Part shown: positions 49,433-61,750 of the stretch, piece after piece
How positions within the stretch are numbered: the first letter of the stretch is position 1
How the letters are laid out: each line of letters opens with the position of its first letter
Origin: the human T2T-CHM13v2.0 reference genome, Homo sapiens
DNA length: 64,000 nucleotides
Strand: one strand, 5' to 3'
NCBI RefSeq assembly: GCF_009914755.1
Contig: NC_060932.1
Program-made: the position numbers and the translations under genes
The notes under the pieces: model-generated
What the model was told of the DNA's origin: nothing
What the model saw: only the letters and a program-made list of their open reading frames with translations
Databases searched by the model: none

Positions 49433-49968
49433 GTAAGTGAAAAGCAGGTTCGTTGCTCACCGCATGCAGAGTCCAATTAACCAAAGCAAGTTCTGGTACC
49501 AGGGAAGCAAGCTTACGCTGAAGCTAGCTCAGGGGAAGGGGCACACAGCATCCTGCCTTTAAATGTGCCGCTTCCCCTTTGGAGCCGAATGTAGGCATTT
49601 TTATAAGGTAGGGAGGAAATGAGCAAGGGCAGGGGTACCCCTGCTACTGGGAAGTTGGTATCTACCAGGCAGTTGTTATCTAGAGTCAGAGCCTTCCTGG
49701 GCAGAGTGGGTTACAAAAGTGGCCAAGTGGGCATGTTTTCGACATGCCCTCTTAGTGGGTGTGAGTTCCAGTTTCAAGGCAACCTCTGGAGGTGAGAGTT
49801 CCGTCTTGGAACACGCAGGTAGATGAACTTGCTCTGTAGGGAATATCTGGTTATGTTTGCCTTTCTAAAGGGCTAAGTAGGAAACAGGGAGCCAGGGAGG
49901 AGAAGAACAGGAAAAACAACTTCTAAAAGTTTAACTATCTCTTAGAAATATGGGGGTACTAGGATCCA
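49433..49968 (-). mobile_element. ERV1-class LTR (family uncertain)
   Basis: Reverse begins ...agtacccccatatttctaagagatagtt, an ERV1 LTR-type start. Confidence 0.5.
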
Positions 49969-50904
49969 AGAGGTTAGCCAGAAATAGGAGGACATTGTGT
50001 GCATAGAATGTTGGCTCTCCTTCTCCCTCTCTGTCTCTGTCTTGGATTTTCTCCCTCACTTTCCAGCTGCTGCTGTTGCCCTGAACTCTGTTGTCTGGTT
50101 CTTCAAGTCAATCAGGCTGTGGGTTTTCTACCTGAGTTTTAGCCTCTCCACGTGGTGCAGACTGGAATCCATCCTCAGGCTAAAATCCATGACAACAGGA
50201 ACCCACCCCCCACCCCGGGGGGTTCTCCTGTCCCAGGTGTTGACTATCCCCCAGGCCTGGACGGCTTCTGTCACACTCCAGTGACTACCCTCAGGTAGTT
50301 GTTAATCTTTTGTCTGGAATTTAGAGTTGTTATCTAAGGGAAGGTTGGTATAATAGGAGCTTTTCAGCCATGATCAGATGTAAGTTCCAGTAAATATAGC
50401 TCAAAGTTCTAAGATTCTAGAAGTACTAGAAATACGAAAAAAGTAATTGCATATACTTCCAATAAGTCAAATTTTATGCTGTAATTTCTAAGGCAACTAG
50501 TTAAAAGTAAAAGCCATGTGACTGAGTAACAGAAAAAGTGGAATAAAAATATTTGATTAATCTAAAAAATGAAAGATGAGAAAAGAAACATAAAACAGAT
50601 GAAATACCAAAAAAAAAAAACAAAGGTAGATATTACCCTACTATCAGTAATTTTACTAAGTCTAAACAAATTAAGTACTGGAAGCAGAAGAATAAGATTT
50701 TCAAAGCTGCTTATGAGAAAACGTAAGAACTCAAGAAAGAGCAAGAGTAAAATCACAGAGAAAAGCAAACCCTGTAAACCAAGAAAAAACTAGCGTGGCT
50801 CCACTCACACCACACACAGTACATTCTTATCACAAAGAGAACTGCTGCAATCTCTATTTTTTTCTAGCTAATAAATATTCTCTAGTTATAATAAAGGATA
50901 CTTT

Positions 50905-51200
50905 AGGCCGGGCGCGGTGGCTCACGCCTGTAATCCCAGCAGTTTGGGAGGCCGAGGCGGGTGGATCACGAGATCAGGAGATCGAGACCATCCTGGCTAA
51001 CAGGGTGAAACCCTGTCTCTACTAAAAATACAAAAAATTAGCCGGGCGTGGTGGCAGGTGCCTATAATCCCAGCTACTCGGGAGGCTGAGGCAGGAGAAT
51101 GGCGTGAACCCAGGAGGCGGAGCTTGCAGTGAGCCGAGATCGTGCCCCTGCAGTCCGGCCTGGGCAAAAAAGCGAGACTCCGTCTCAAAAAAAAAAAAAA
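50905..51200 (+). mobile_element. AluY
   Basis: AluY diagnostic positions, CpG-rich. Confidence 0.95.
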
Positions 51201-51253
51201 TTAATAATAATAATAGAGCCTTTAAAAATGTATATATATTTAAAAATATGTAA

Positions 51254-51614
<361 letters not shown>

Positions 51615-51733
51615 TAATGATTTTTCTCTAGTATGTGAAATACAAATGACTTCTATAATTTACTCTTCTCTACTGTTATTTCTAATAATGTCTCTGTAGT
51701 TTTATCTTTTCAATATAGATGATCCCCTAATCC

Positions 51734-51918
51734 AGGAGTTAGCAAACTTTTTCTGCAAAAGTTTTCCACTTTCCCAGCCATATGCTTGCTGTTGCAAGAA
51801 CTCAGCTCTGTCCTGGTAACATGAAAGCAGCCAGAGACAAGATGGAAACAAATAGGTGTAGTCAGATTTCACCCATCATGGGTCAGATTTTGCCTACAGC
51901 GGGCAGTTTGCCAACCCC
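51734..51918. mobile_element. MER58A-like hAT MITE
   Basis: TIRs caggagttagcaaact...agtttgccaacccct. Confidence 0.7.
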
Positions 51919-52048
51919 TTCTATAACCGACAAATAATAACATTTTAATTTCCTCCTTTCCAATCTTCGTGCCTTTATTTTTCTTACTTTATTATACTGT
52001 CTTATTCTATTGTTGAATGGAAATGGTAAACATAAATATCTAATGTGT

Positions 52049-52261
52049 TGGGGTGGGGGGATGGGGGAGGGATAGCATTAGGAAATATACCTAATGCTAA
52101 ATGACGAGTTAATGGGTGCAGCACACCAACATGGCACATGTATACATATGTAACAAATCTGCACATTGTACACATGTACCCTAAAACTTAAAGTATAATA
52201 ATAAAATAAAATAAAATAAAAAAAGAAAGGCTGCACATGCCCTCAGCTTAAAAAAAAAAAA
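52049..52261 (+). mobile_element. Short young L1PA insertion with an apparent 3' transduction
   Basis: L1PA 3' end, A-tail, 25 extra nt, second poly(A); TSD atctaatgtgt at 52038 and 52262. Confidence 0.85.
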
Positions 52262-53204
52262 ATCTAATGTGTCATTCCTATTGCAAGAGGGAATGCTTCC
52301 ACTCTGTCCCTGTCTATAATTGGTGGTAAGTTTTACACAGCTAGCCTTTATTAAGTTAAGGTAAAGTCCTTTCAGTCCTAATGTATACGAAGTTTTTCAT
52401 AAATGTGTGTTAAGTTTTTTTTCAAAAGGGGTTTCATTGAATTGAACTGGTGACTTTTCTCATTTAATCTGCTTCCAAGGTGATATTCATTTATAGATTT
52501 CAAGCCTTCCTTGCATTCCTGGGTTAAGCCTGCTTTGGTCATCTTGTGTTATCTTTTCATACATTATTTATTTGGTTTGCTAAAATTTTGTTGGTAATCT
52601 TGCTGTTAAACATATTTTTGAGTGAACGGGCCAGTCATGTTTCCTGTGATGACTTTGCCTGCTGTTCATATCACTGTTGTACTGGCCTCTTGGAGGAGCT
52701 GGGGCATCCCCTCTTCCTATTCTTGGGAAAATGTGTGAGGTCAGAATGATAGGAAAGGCTACTAAAACCCAACTGTACAATCACCTGGGCCTGATATCTT
52801 CCTTTTAGGGAGACCTTTAACAACTGCCTCATTATATCTCATAGTCTTAAAGCTATTTATGTTATCTAATTAAGGCCATTTTTCAAGTTACTCTTTTCTA
52901 TGAATTTTCCACTTCACCGAATTTTTCAGCTTGCTTGCCATAACATGTATGCTTTATGTCCTGATACGTTCTTCTGTTACGTTACCTGTGAGTGCCTTGC
53001 CTCCATTTCTACTTTTACTTTATTATCTCTTTCCTTGCATTTAATCTCTTACTCAGGTTCTAAATTAAAGTTGGACACTTTCAGCTTCTCTTCTTTTCTA
53101 CTGTAAGTAATTAGGCATAAAAATCACCATCCACGGGCCTCCCAGTGTTTTTGGTGCGTGTTTTCATTGTTGTTCAGTTAGAGAGAGTGTGACATTTCCA
53201 CCGA

Positions 53205-53555
53205 TCCTTAGGCAGCTCAGGCTGCTATGACAAAAAATACCGTGGACTGGGCGGCTTAAACAACAGACATTTATTTTTCACAGTTCTTAGGACTGGAAGT
53301 TCAAGATCACGGTGCAGGCAGATCCCGTGTCTGGTGAGGGTCCCCTTCCTGGTTTGCAAACGGCCACCTTCTTGTAGCCTCACTTGGCAGAGAACAGAAA
53401 GAGGAAGCAAATCTCTCAAGCCTCTTCTAATAAGGCGCCAGTCTCACCAATGAGAGTTTCACACCCTCATGACCTCATCACCTCCCAAAGACCCAGCTCC
53501 GAACATCACCACATCAGGATTTCAACATGGGGAACTGGGAGGATACAGCACGCAG
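53205..53555 (-). mobile_element. MLT1A-type MaLR LTR
   Basis: ggcttaaacaacagacatttatttttcacagttct...ctcatgacctcatcacctcccaaag. Confidence 0.8.
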
Positions 53556-53620
53556 TGCCTAACTCACTGGGATTACATTTTAATCCATAGTACCGCAGAA
53601 GTATATTTATAATTTACTAG

Positions 53621-53944
<324 letters not shown>

Positions 53945-55079
53945 TCTTACCTGCTTTTCTTACTGTTTGACTGGGGGTGGCGATTACAGTGTGGTCATGT
54001 GATAAACGTGGCATTTCGGAGGAATCTGGGCCATTAGAATGAGATGAAAGTGTTGAACGCGCAACTCAAGCTTCTGCAGCAAGCACCTGCCTGTGCTTGG
54101 TGTGAGATGATTAATGTGGCAGATGGGTGGGGAGGGGGAGAAAAACCGCCTGAGGGTGGGGAGGGGGAGAAAACCCGCCTGAGAGGCACCCCTGGAACCC
54201 CTGGATCCTCTCCCTTTTGCCAGATGTGAAGTTGAAACACTAAGTTGTGTTCAAGAGCCAAGTGGAGCCACCCGACAGTCCCAGAGCCCAGCAACCTGGC
54301 ACAGGGCCTGGGGCATGGCTGCCGCGCTCAGGCAGCTGTACCCCGCCTTGCATCCGCCCAGGATGCCTTGCACACCCCGAGACCCGGCTGCTTCTATCTT
54401 CCTGGCTGTGTCATCGCACAGCTGAAAGGAGTCTGGACCAGACAGCTCTGTCCGCAGTCAGAACTGAGGGTAAGCGCGGTCCTGTGCACAAGTCAGCAAA
54501 CCGGAGAGCCAGGGTGCCAGGCACTGACCCCATTCTATAGCCATAGAATCAAGGCTCACGGAGCCCAATCAACAAACGCTCCAAGAGTCCAGGAAAAGGT
54601 CGAGGGAAAGAAATAAAGGTGTGACCGGGAGAAGAGTGGGGAAGGAGCCGACTCAAGGCTGAGTCCCGCAGCCCCGTGAGGGCGGAGTGGAGGTTACGGG
54701 GCGGGAGCGGGACGGGAATCTGAGCTCCCAGCAGCCGAGCCGAGAGGAAACCCCTGCTCCTGCCCATGAGCCCAGCAGAGCACGTGCCCTGGATGTCGAG
54801 ACGCGGTCCACAGAGAGATGGGCTCCTGTGACTGTCCTCGGATAGGCCTCTGGACGCCACGCCCTAGTGCAGCTCAGTGAAAGGAGCTCCATGGCGTTTT
54901 CTCACACGATTCTATTGCAGCTGACGGTAGTGAGGTCACGGCACGCACCTTGCTGATGACCGGGGTTCAGCCAGACGTAACTCTGGGAAAACAGACTGAG
55001 CTCAGCCCTTTCAGCCAGCGGCCATTCAGCTTTTCTGACCATGGCCCATATCAACAAACACAATATGGTATGTGAGCGT

Positions 55080-57580
55080 ATACATGTGCACAAACACGCA
55101 AATGCACCCTCACACAGGTACACATGCACGCCCTCACACGTGTACACACACCCTCACACGTGTATACACCCATACACGTATACACCCCACACACCCACAT
55201 ATATGTATACACCTTCACACATGTAACACACCTTCACACACCCCACACGTGCACACACCCACACATACACACCCTCACACGTAACACACCCTCACACACG
55301 TAACACACCCTCACACACGTAACACACACCCTCACACATGAACACCCCCACACACGTGCACACCCCCACGCACGTGCACACACCCTCACACACGTAACAC
55401 CCTCACACATGTGCACACATCACATATATACACACACCCTCACACATGTAACATGCCCTTACATGTAACACGCTCACACATGCACACACCCACGCATGTA
55501 TGCACATCCACACGTACACACCACGCATGTACCCACACATTACACATACACCCACACATGTACACACACCCTCACACATACACATACCTCCACACATGTA
55601 CACACACCCTCACACGTGCATACATGCACCCTCAAATGTATGCACCCCACACATGTATACACACCCCCACACATGTATACACACCCCCACACGTGCACAC
55701 ACCCTCACACATGTACACACGTGTGCACACACCCTCACACGTACACTCATACACACACGCACCCTCACACACATGTACACACCCCCACACATGTATACCC
55801 TTAAACGTACACCTTCACACATGTATACACTCACATGTACACACCTCACACATGTACACATCCTCACATGTACGCACACACCCTCACATGTACACAAACC
55901 CCCACACACATACACCATGACACATGTAAACACACATACACCCACACATGTACACACTCACACATACACATGCACCCTCACACGTACACACATACCTTCA
56001 CACATGTACACACAACCTCACACATGTACACGTGCACCCATAAACGTACACACCCATGCACACACCCACATACATGTGCACACACCCTCACATGTACACA
56101 ACCCTCACATATGTACACACACGTACAAATACACCATGTACACTCACACATGTATACACACTCACCCTTACACGTGTACACATGCACACCCTCACACGTG
56201 CACACACCCCCAAACATGTATGCATCCTCACATGTACATGCACACGCACACATGCATGCCCTCGTGTGTACACGTGCGCACACACACCCTTGAACACATA
56301 TACATCTTCACACATGCACACACCCTCACATGTACACACATGCACCCTCAAACGTACAGATCCTCACACATGTACACACACCCTCACACATGTACACACA
56401 CCCTCACACATGTACACACCCTCACACATGTATACGTACGCACACCCCCTCAAACGTACACACCCTCACACATGTACATGCACACACATGCACACATGCA
56501 TGCCCTCGCATGTACAGGCACACCCTAATACATCCTCACACATGTACGCACACAAACCCTCACACGTACACACACCCTCACATTTACACACTCAAACGTA
56601 CACACATCCTCACACATGTACACACACCCTCGCACATGTATACATATGCACACCCTCACACGTACGCACACCCCCTCAAACATGCACACATACACGCACA
56701 CACATGCCCTCACATGTACATGCACACACCATCAAACATGTACACATGCACACTCGTACACACACCCCCACACACACTCACACACGTACACACACCCACA
56801 TATGTACACACCCTCACACACATGTACACACACCCTCACACATGTACACACCCTCACACGTACACACATGCACCCTCACATGTACAGCCTCACACATGTA
56901 CATGCACCCACACATGTAACACACCCTCACATGTAACACGTCACACGTACACATGCATCCTCACACACACACCCTCACACATGTACACACCCTCACACGT
57001 GCACACATGCACTCCCACATGTACCCCCCACCCCCCCACGTACACATACAGGTACACACCCCTCACACATGTATGCACACACCCACACGTACATTCACAT
57101 ACATGTGCACACACCTTCACATGTACACACAGACCCTCACACTGTATACATATGCATACCCACACGTACACACACCCTCACATATGTACATGCACACATA
57201 CACATGCCCTCACATGTACACACACACCCTCAAATGTACACACATCCTCACACATGTATACACACGCACCCTCACATGTACACAGCCCTCACACATGTAC
57301 ACACCCTCAAACATGTACACACATCCTCATACACATGCACACCCTCACAAATGTACATGCACACGCATGCCCTCATATATGCACGAGGACACACCCTCAA
57401 ACATGTACACACACACATCGGCACACATGCATACACATGCCCACACACTCATGTACACACATACACACCCTCACACATGTACATACACCCTCACACACAC
57501 CCTGATAAATGTACACACACACCACACACCCTCACATATGTATACACACACCCTCACACATGCACACACGTGTACACACA
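55080..57580. repeat. About 2.5-kb degenerate CA-rich satellite
   Basis: Irregular ~18-22-nt unit cacacaccctcacacatgta; source of the His/Thr/Cys-rich ORFs. Confidence 0.95.
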
Positions 57581-59899
57581 TGGAAAGTGTTACCATTTGC
57601 AACCCATCCATCCTCCCCTGGGGATGCTCTTGGAGAAAGAAATCAGACAAAAGAAAAGAATGTCCTTGTAAACACGCTAATGAGAGCTCCTGGAGGTGTC
57701 GACTGTGAGCACAGAAGAGCCTTCTGTTCAGGATTAAACACATCTGGGCTTATGGCACACGGCCCACTGGAAAATGTCAGTGCCTCTGGCAATTTCTAGA
57801 GTTTAAAGGGAAAAAGTTTCATAACGGAAAGAGCCCCCTTTGGGTAAGAGCTGCCCCTCCTGTACCACGGGGAGCTTCCTACCCTAATCCTTGATGCAGC
57901 GTGCCTCCATGTGTCAGGGACGGGGGTGGGGGTCGGCGAGTGGGCAGTCCCAGTGGTCCCCTGGCTTCCCCTGGCTCCCAGGCAAACGAGACCATCCCGC
58001 TCTGCGTGCTGTCTCCGGTGGGCACCACGAGCAGCATGGCTGTTTATTATCTAAGCTGAGGTTCTCTGAGGCAAGATAAGGGGGCGCGGGAGAAGCTTGC
58101 TGAGGACGAGGCTCCAGGTGGCTGTCAACCTGTCCCTGATACAAAACGCTGACAGCCTTGGGGCTGGCCACAGGGAGCACACCTTACCGAGGGGACGGAG
58201 AGGAAGCCGACCTGGGGCGGGGAGCTGGCCAAAGACCGGCACAAGGGAGGCGAGAGAAACAGCTCTTCCATGGCAGGTGCCACTGACACCCAGACAGAAA
58301 CAAGGCCACTGGAAGAAGCAGCTGGGGCACAAGAAAGAAACCAGACCCGGTCCTCGGGTCAGTGCAGTCTCCTCTCTCCAGTGGCCAATTAAACAGATGT
58401 GACATTCATCCAAAAAGTAACTCAGCTGAGAAACCTGACTGGCTGCAAACCCATGCTGCGGGTGGAAGGGCATGGCAGGCGGCTGCGGAAACCCGAGGGT
58501 CCTCTGAGAAGAGCCAGGACATTTGGGGAGAGCGGCAGGCAAAGCCCGATGGCTCAGGATGGGCACAGTTTCCTAAATTATCAGTGCGAGGGGCGGGCAC
58601 ACCACTGATTCTAGATACCACTGCATGGAAGTGATGGTCAGGGCCAAGAACCAGTCCCCAAGACTCTGCAAGCTCTTGTGATCAAATGCTTCCAGGTGGG
58701 TCCATACGTCACTTGCTGCAGGTGGCAAAGGTGGGGGTTTTACCCTGAGAGGAGTGACTGCCCCCCACCAACCCACAAATGGCATCTTGCTTCCAAAGCT
58801 GTTGGGAAGTTACAAGTGCAGGTGACCCTAGGCTGGCTTTACGGTGAACAAGGGGACGCCTAATTTAATGCCATTGACACCAATGTTGCCACTAAACAGA
58901 AGCCCCTAAGACTGAAACTGTATAGGTTTTTGCAAAATTACATTCCTCATCCAGAAATCCTGTGATTCTAGTCACAGTGTCACTGGGGGAAAGACCTCGA
59001 TGTGAAAGGGCCCTGCCCAGAAACAAGCTGGGACATGGCCCAGGCAGCCCACGGGGCCACTCAGGTGCTACTGGGAGGGCCCAGGTCTTGGTCAGAAAAG
59101 ATTGGCTTTTGGCAGAAATGCAAATCACGTTTGGGGCCCAGGGGCTACCTGATGCATTTCTTTCATGTTGCCTGGGAGACCACCGTGAGCTGGCAGCCGT
59201 GCTGGGAAGATGCCCGTGCTGGGGCCCTCGCTGCACTACGAGCCACCACAACCCCACAGTGTGGGTCAGTGCCTGTTGACTGCCTGGCAGCTCCAGAGGG
59301 GTAGGAGTGCGAGGGCTCGGCTGGGCGGGGTCTCACAGACTGCAGTTGAGGTGTGACAGCTGGGCTCCTGGGTGGAGGCCCAGGGCTGTTCGGATGGATG
59401 GCAGACTCTTTTCCCGGCTGTAGAGCTGCATTCTCCGTCTCCTTGCTGGCGGTCAGCAGGACCTGGTCTCCACCGTTCAGGCTGCCATCTCGCACGGCCC
59501 CACAGCACTCTTCCCTGGCCTCTGACTCTTCTTCTGCTTTTAAAGGGCTGGCGTGATTCGACCAGGCCCACCTGCATCCACGGACCCTAAGGTCGGCTGA
59601 CCTGGGACACACGGCACATCTGCAACGCCCCTTCCCGGCAGCACCCACGGGTATTGGAGGAGTGGTAGGGGATGGGGGAAGGAAGCTTGGGTGGGTGGGT
59701 CATTGGAACTCTTGTGCATGGAAGAGCGTTAGATGATCCCGACACCAGAAAAGTTGGCCACGTCCCAGGTGGCGTGAAGAAGCACTGGAGAAAGAGGGGC
59801 AACCCATGAAAGCCCCTTGGCGGGTTTAATGTCCAGCGGCAACAGTGAGGGGCCCAGCGGGGCATGGGCTGTACAGGGACCAGGTTACCAAGGGTCTGG

Positions 59900-60335
59900 G
59901 CGGGGAATGGCAGGGCATGTGAGGGGTATGGTGGGGAATGGCGGGGAATGGCGGGGCATGGGAGGGGCATGGGAGGGACATAGGAGGGACATAGGAGGGG
60001 CATGGCGGGGCATGGTAGGGCATGGCAGAGAATGGCGGGGAATGAGAGGGGAATGGTGGGGAATGGCGAAAAATGGCGGGGGAATGGGAGGGGCATGGAA
60101 GGGAATGGGAGGGAATGGGAGAGGCATGGCGGGGAATGGCGGGGCATGGGAGGGACATAGGAGGGGCATGGGAGGGACATAGGAGGGGCATGGCGGGGAA
60201 TGGCGGGGAATGGCAGGGAACGAGAGGGGAATGGTGAGGAATGGCGGCAAATGGCGGGGGAATGGGAGGGGCATGGCGGGGAATGGCAGGGCATGGGAGG
60301 GACATAGGAGGGGCATGGTGGGGAATGGCAGGGAG
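59900..60335. repeat. G-rich degenerate 10-mer repeat
   Basis: ggggaatggc / ggggcatggc / gggacatagga variants. Confidence 0.9.
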
Positions 60336-61039
60336 TGGGCTGCACAGAGACCAGCTTGCTTTGCTGCCCAGAGGGCTGTAAAGCAGCCCCCGCGGACCTC
60401 CTGGCCTGGCCCCTGCATCAGGCGGTCCCCCAGCCGGCAGAGCAGGCTGCCTGGCCCGGACTCTTCCCATGCCGGGGGCCCTTCTGCTGTTTGTAAATCA
60501 GCTTCCCCACGCCACACAGGTGGAGGCAGGACAGGCAACCTCCCTAATGCGGGAGCTGAAAAGGAGTGAAAAAGGAGTCAGGCCCCTGCTCTGGGGGCGT
60601 TTAGGGATTTGCCAACTCGGGCTGGACAACGGCCCCGCAGGATGCCAGGCAAATGCACCCCAGAGAACTGGACAATTGGAAAATCCCCAGGGTGCCCTCA
60701 GGAATGGGAATTCCTGCCAAAAACTCCTGTTGCCAGCTCAGAAGGGGTTGAATGGTAGCGCCTTGGTCAGATCCCAGAATGCGCCCAGCAGGTTAGGGAA
60801 GGAGCCAGCAGGAGGGAGCATGGGGTCCCCTTGTGCCCAGCGCAACAACTAGCATGAGAAGAAACCACATCCACCGCTGACCAGAAAGCATTTGCAAATA
60901 GCTTTGGGTGGCACCCCCGAAGGACAAGGCCTGGCCACAGCAGGCAAGGGGGACCCTGGGTGCCTATGGCCTATCAGGAGGCCCGGAACCAAGGGAGCAC
61001 TCAGGACACACCAAGCAATACAGGACACACCAAGGAGCT

Positions 61040-61750
61040 CTTCCCATCCCAACACAGCCACAGGCACTCTTGCACCAGATGTGGGCAGGGCCTTGTTTCC
61101 TGCACACCAAGCAGTGCTGCAGGACACTGTCTGAGCATCCTACGGTTTAAGTCATTTCCCACCGCATCCGCCTGGAGGTAGCGTCAGATCCCACAGATCG
61201 AGGGCTCAGTCCCGTGCAAGGGGCCCCACTTCTGATGCCAGTTGCAAGCCCCGGGTGTGGCTTCTGACGGAACTGCCATGAATCAGGGTTCCCACAACCC
61301 CCTCCTCCGGTTTGATGAATTGCTGGAGTGGTTCACAGGACTCAGGGACACGCCGCCCTGCGTTTACCCATTTATGACACAGGCTGTGACGAAGGTGCGG
61401 AGGCACGGGGGGTGGAGGAGACAGGCATGTACATGTGCAGCTTCCAGACAGCCCCAGGCCTCCACCCAACATCCGCGCATTGGAGATGGGAAGTTCCTTG
61501 GGTTTTGCAAGGCACAGGGGAGAATGGCAGAGCTCCTGTGCCCTCCTGGGCGCCGTCCTCCAGGCACCTGCGTGCGTCCAACTGTTGAAAGCTCCTTTTG
61601 GGTTTTTATGGAAGCTTCATTACATATACATGATTGATTGCATCGTTGGCTATTGATGATCAACCCAAACTTCATCACACTCACTACAAAAGAGACTCTT
61701 GTCACTCCAGAGATTCCAGGAAGGAGCTAAGCTGTATCTCACGCTCTCAC
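61040..61750 (-). mobile_element. MER21-family LTR
   Basis: ggaggtagcgtcagatcccacag...agggctcagtccc...cccacttctgatgcca...gggtttttatggaagcttcattac. Confidence 0.75.

Noticed and set aside
55411-57708. His/Thr/Cys-rich ORFs up to 391 aa
   Set aside because: Translation artefacts of the CA-rich satellite.
59587-60538. Pro-rich minus-strand ORFs over 200 aa
   Set aside because: They derive from the G-rich 10-mer repeat.
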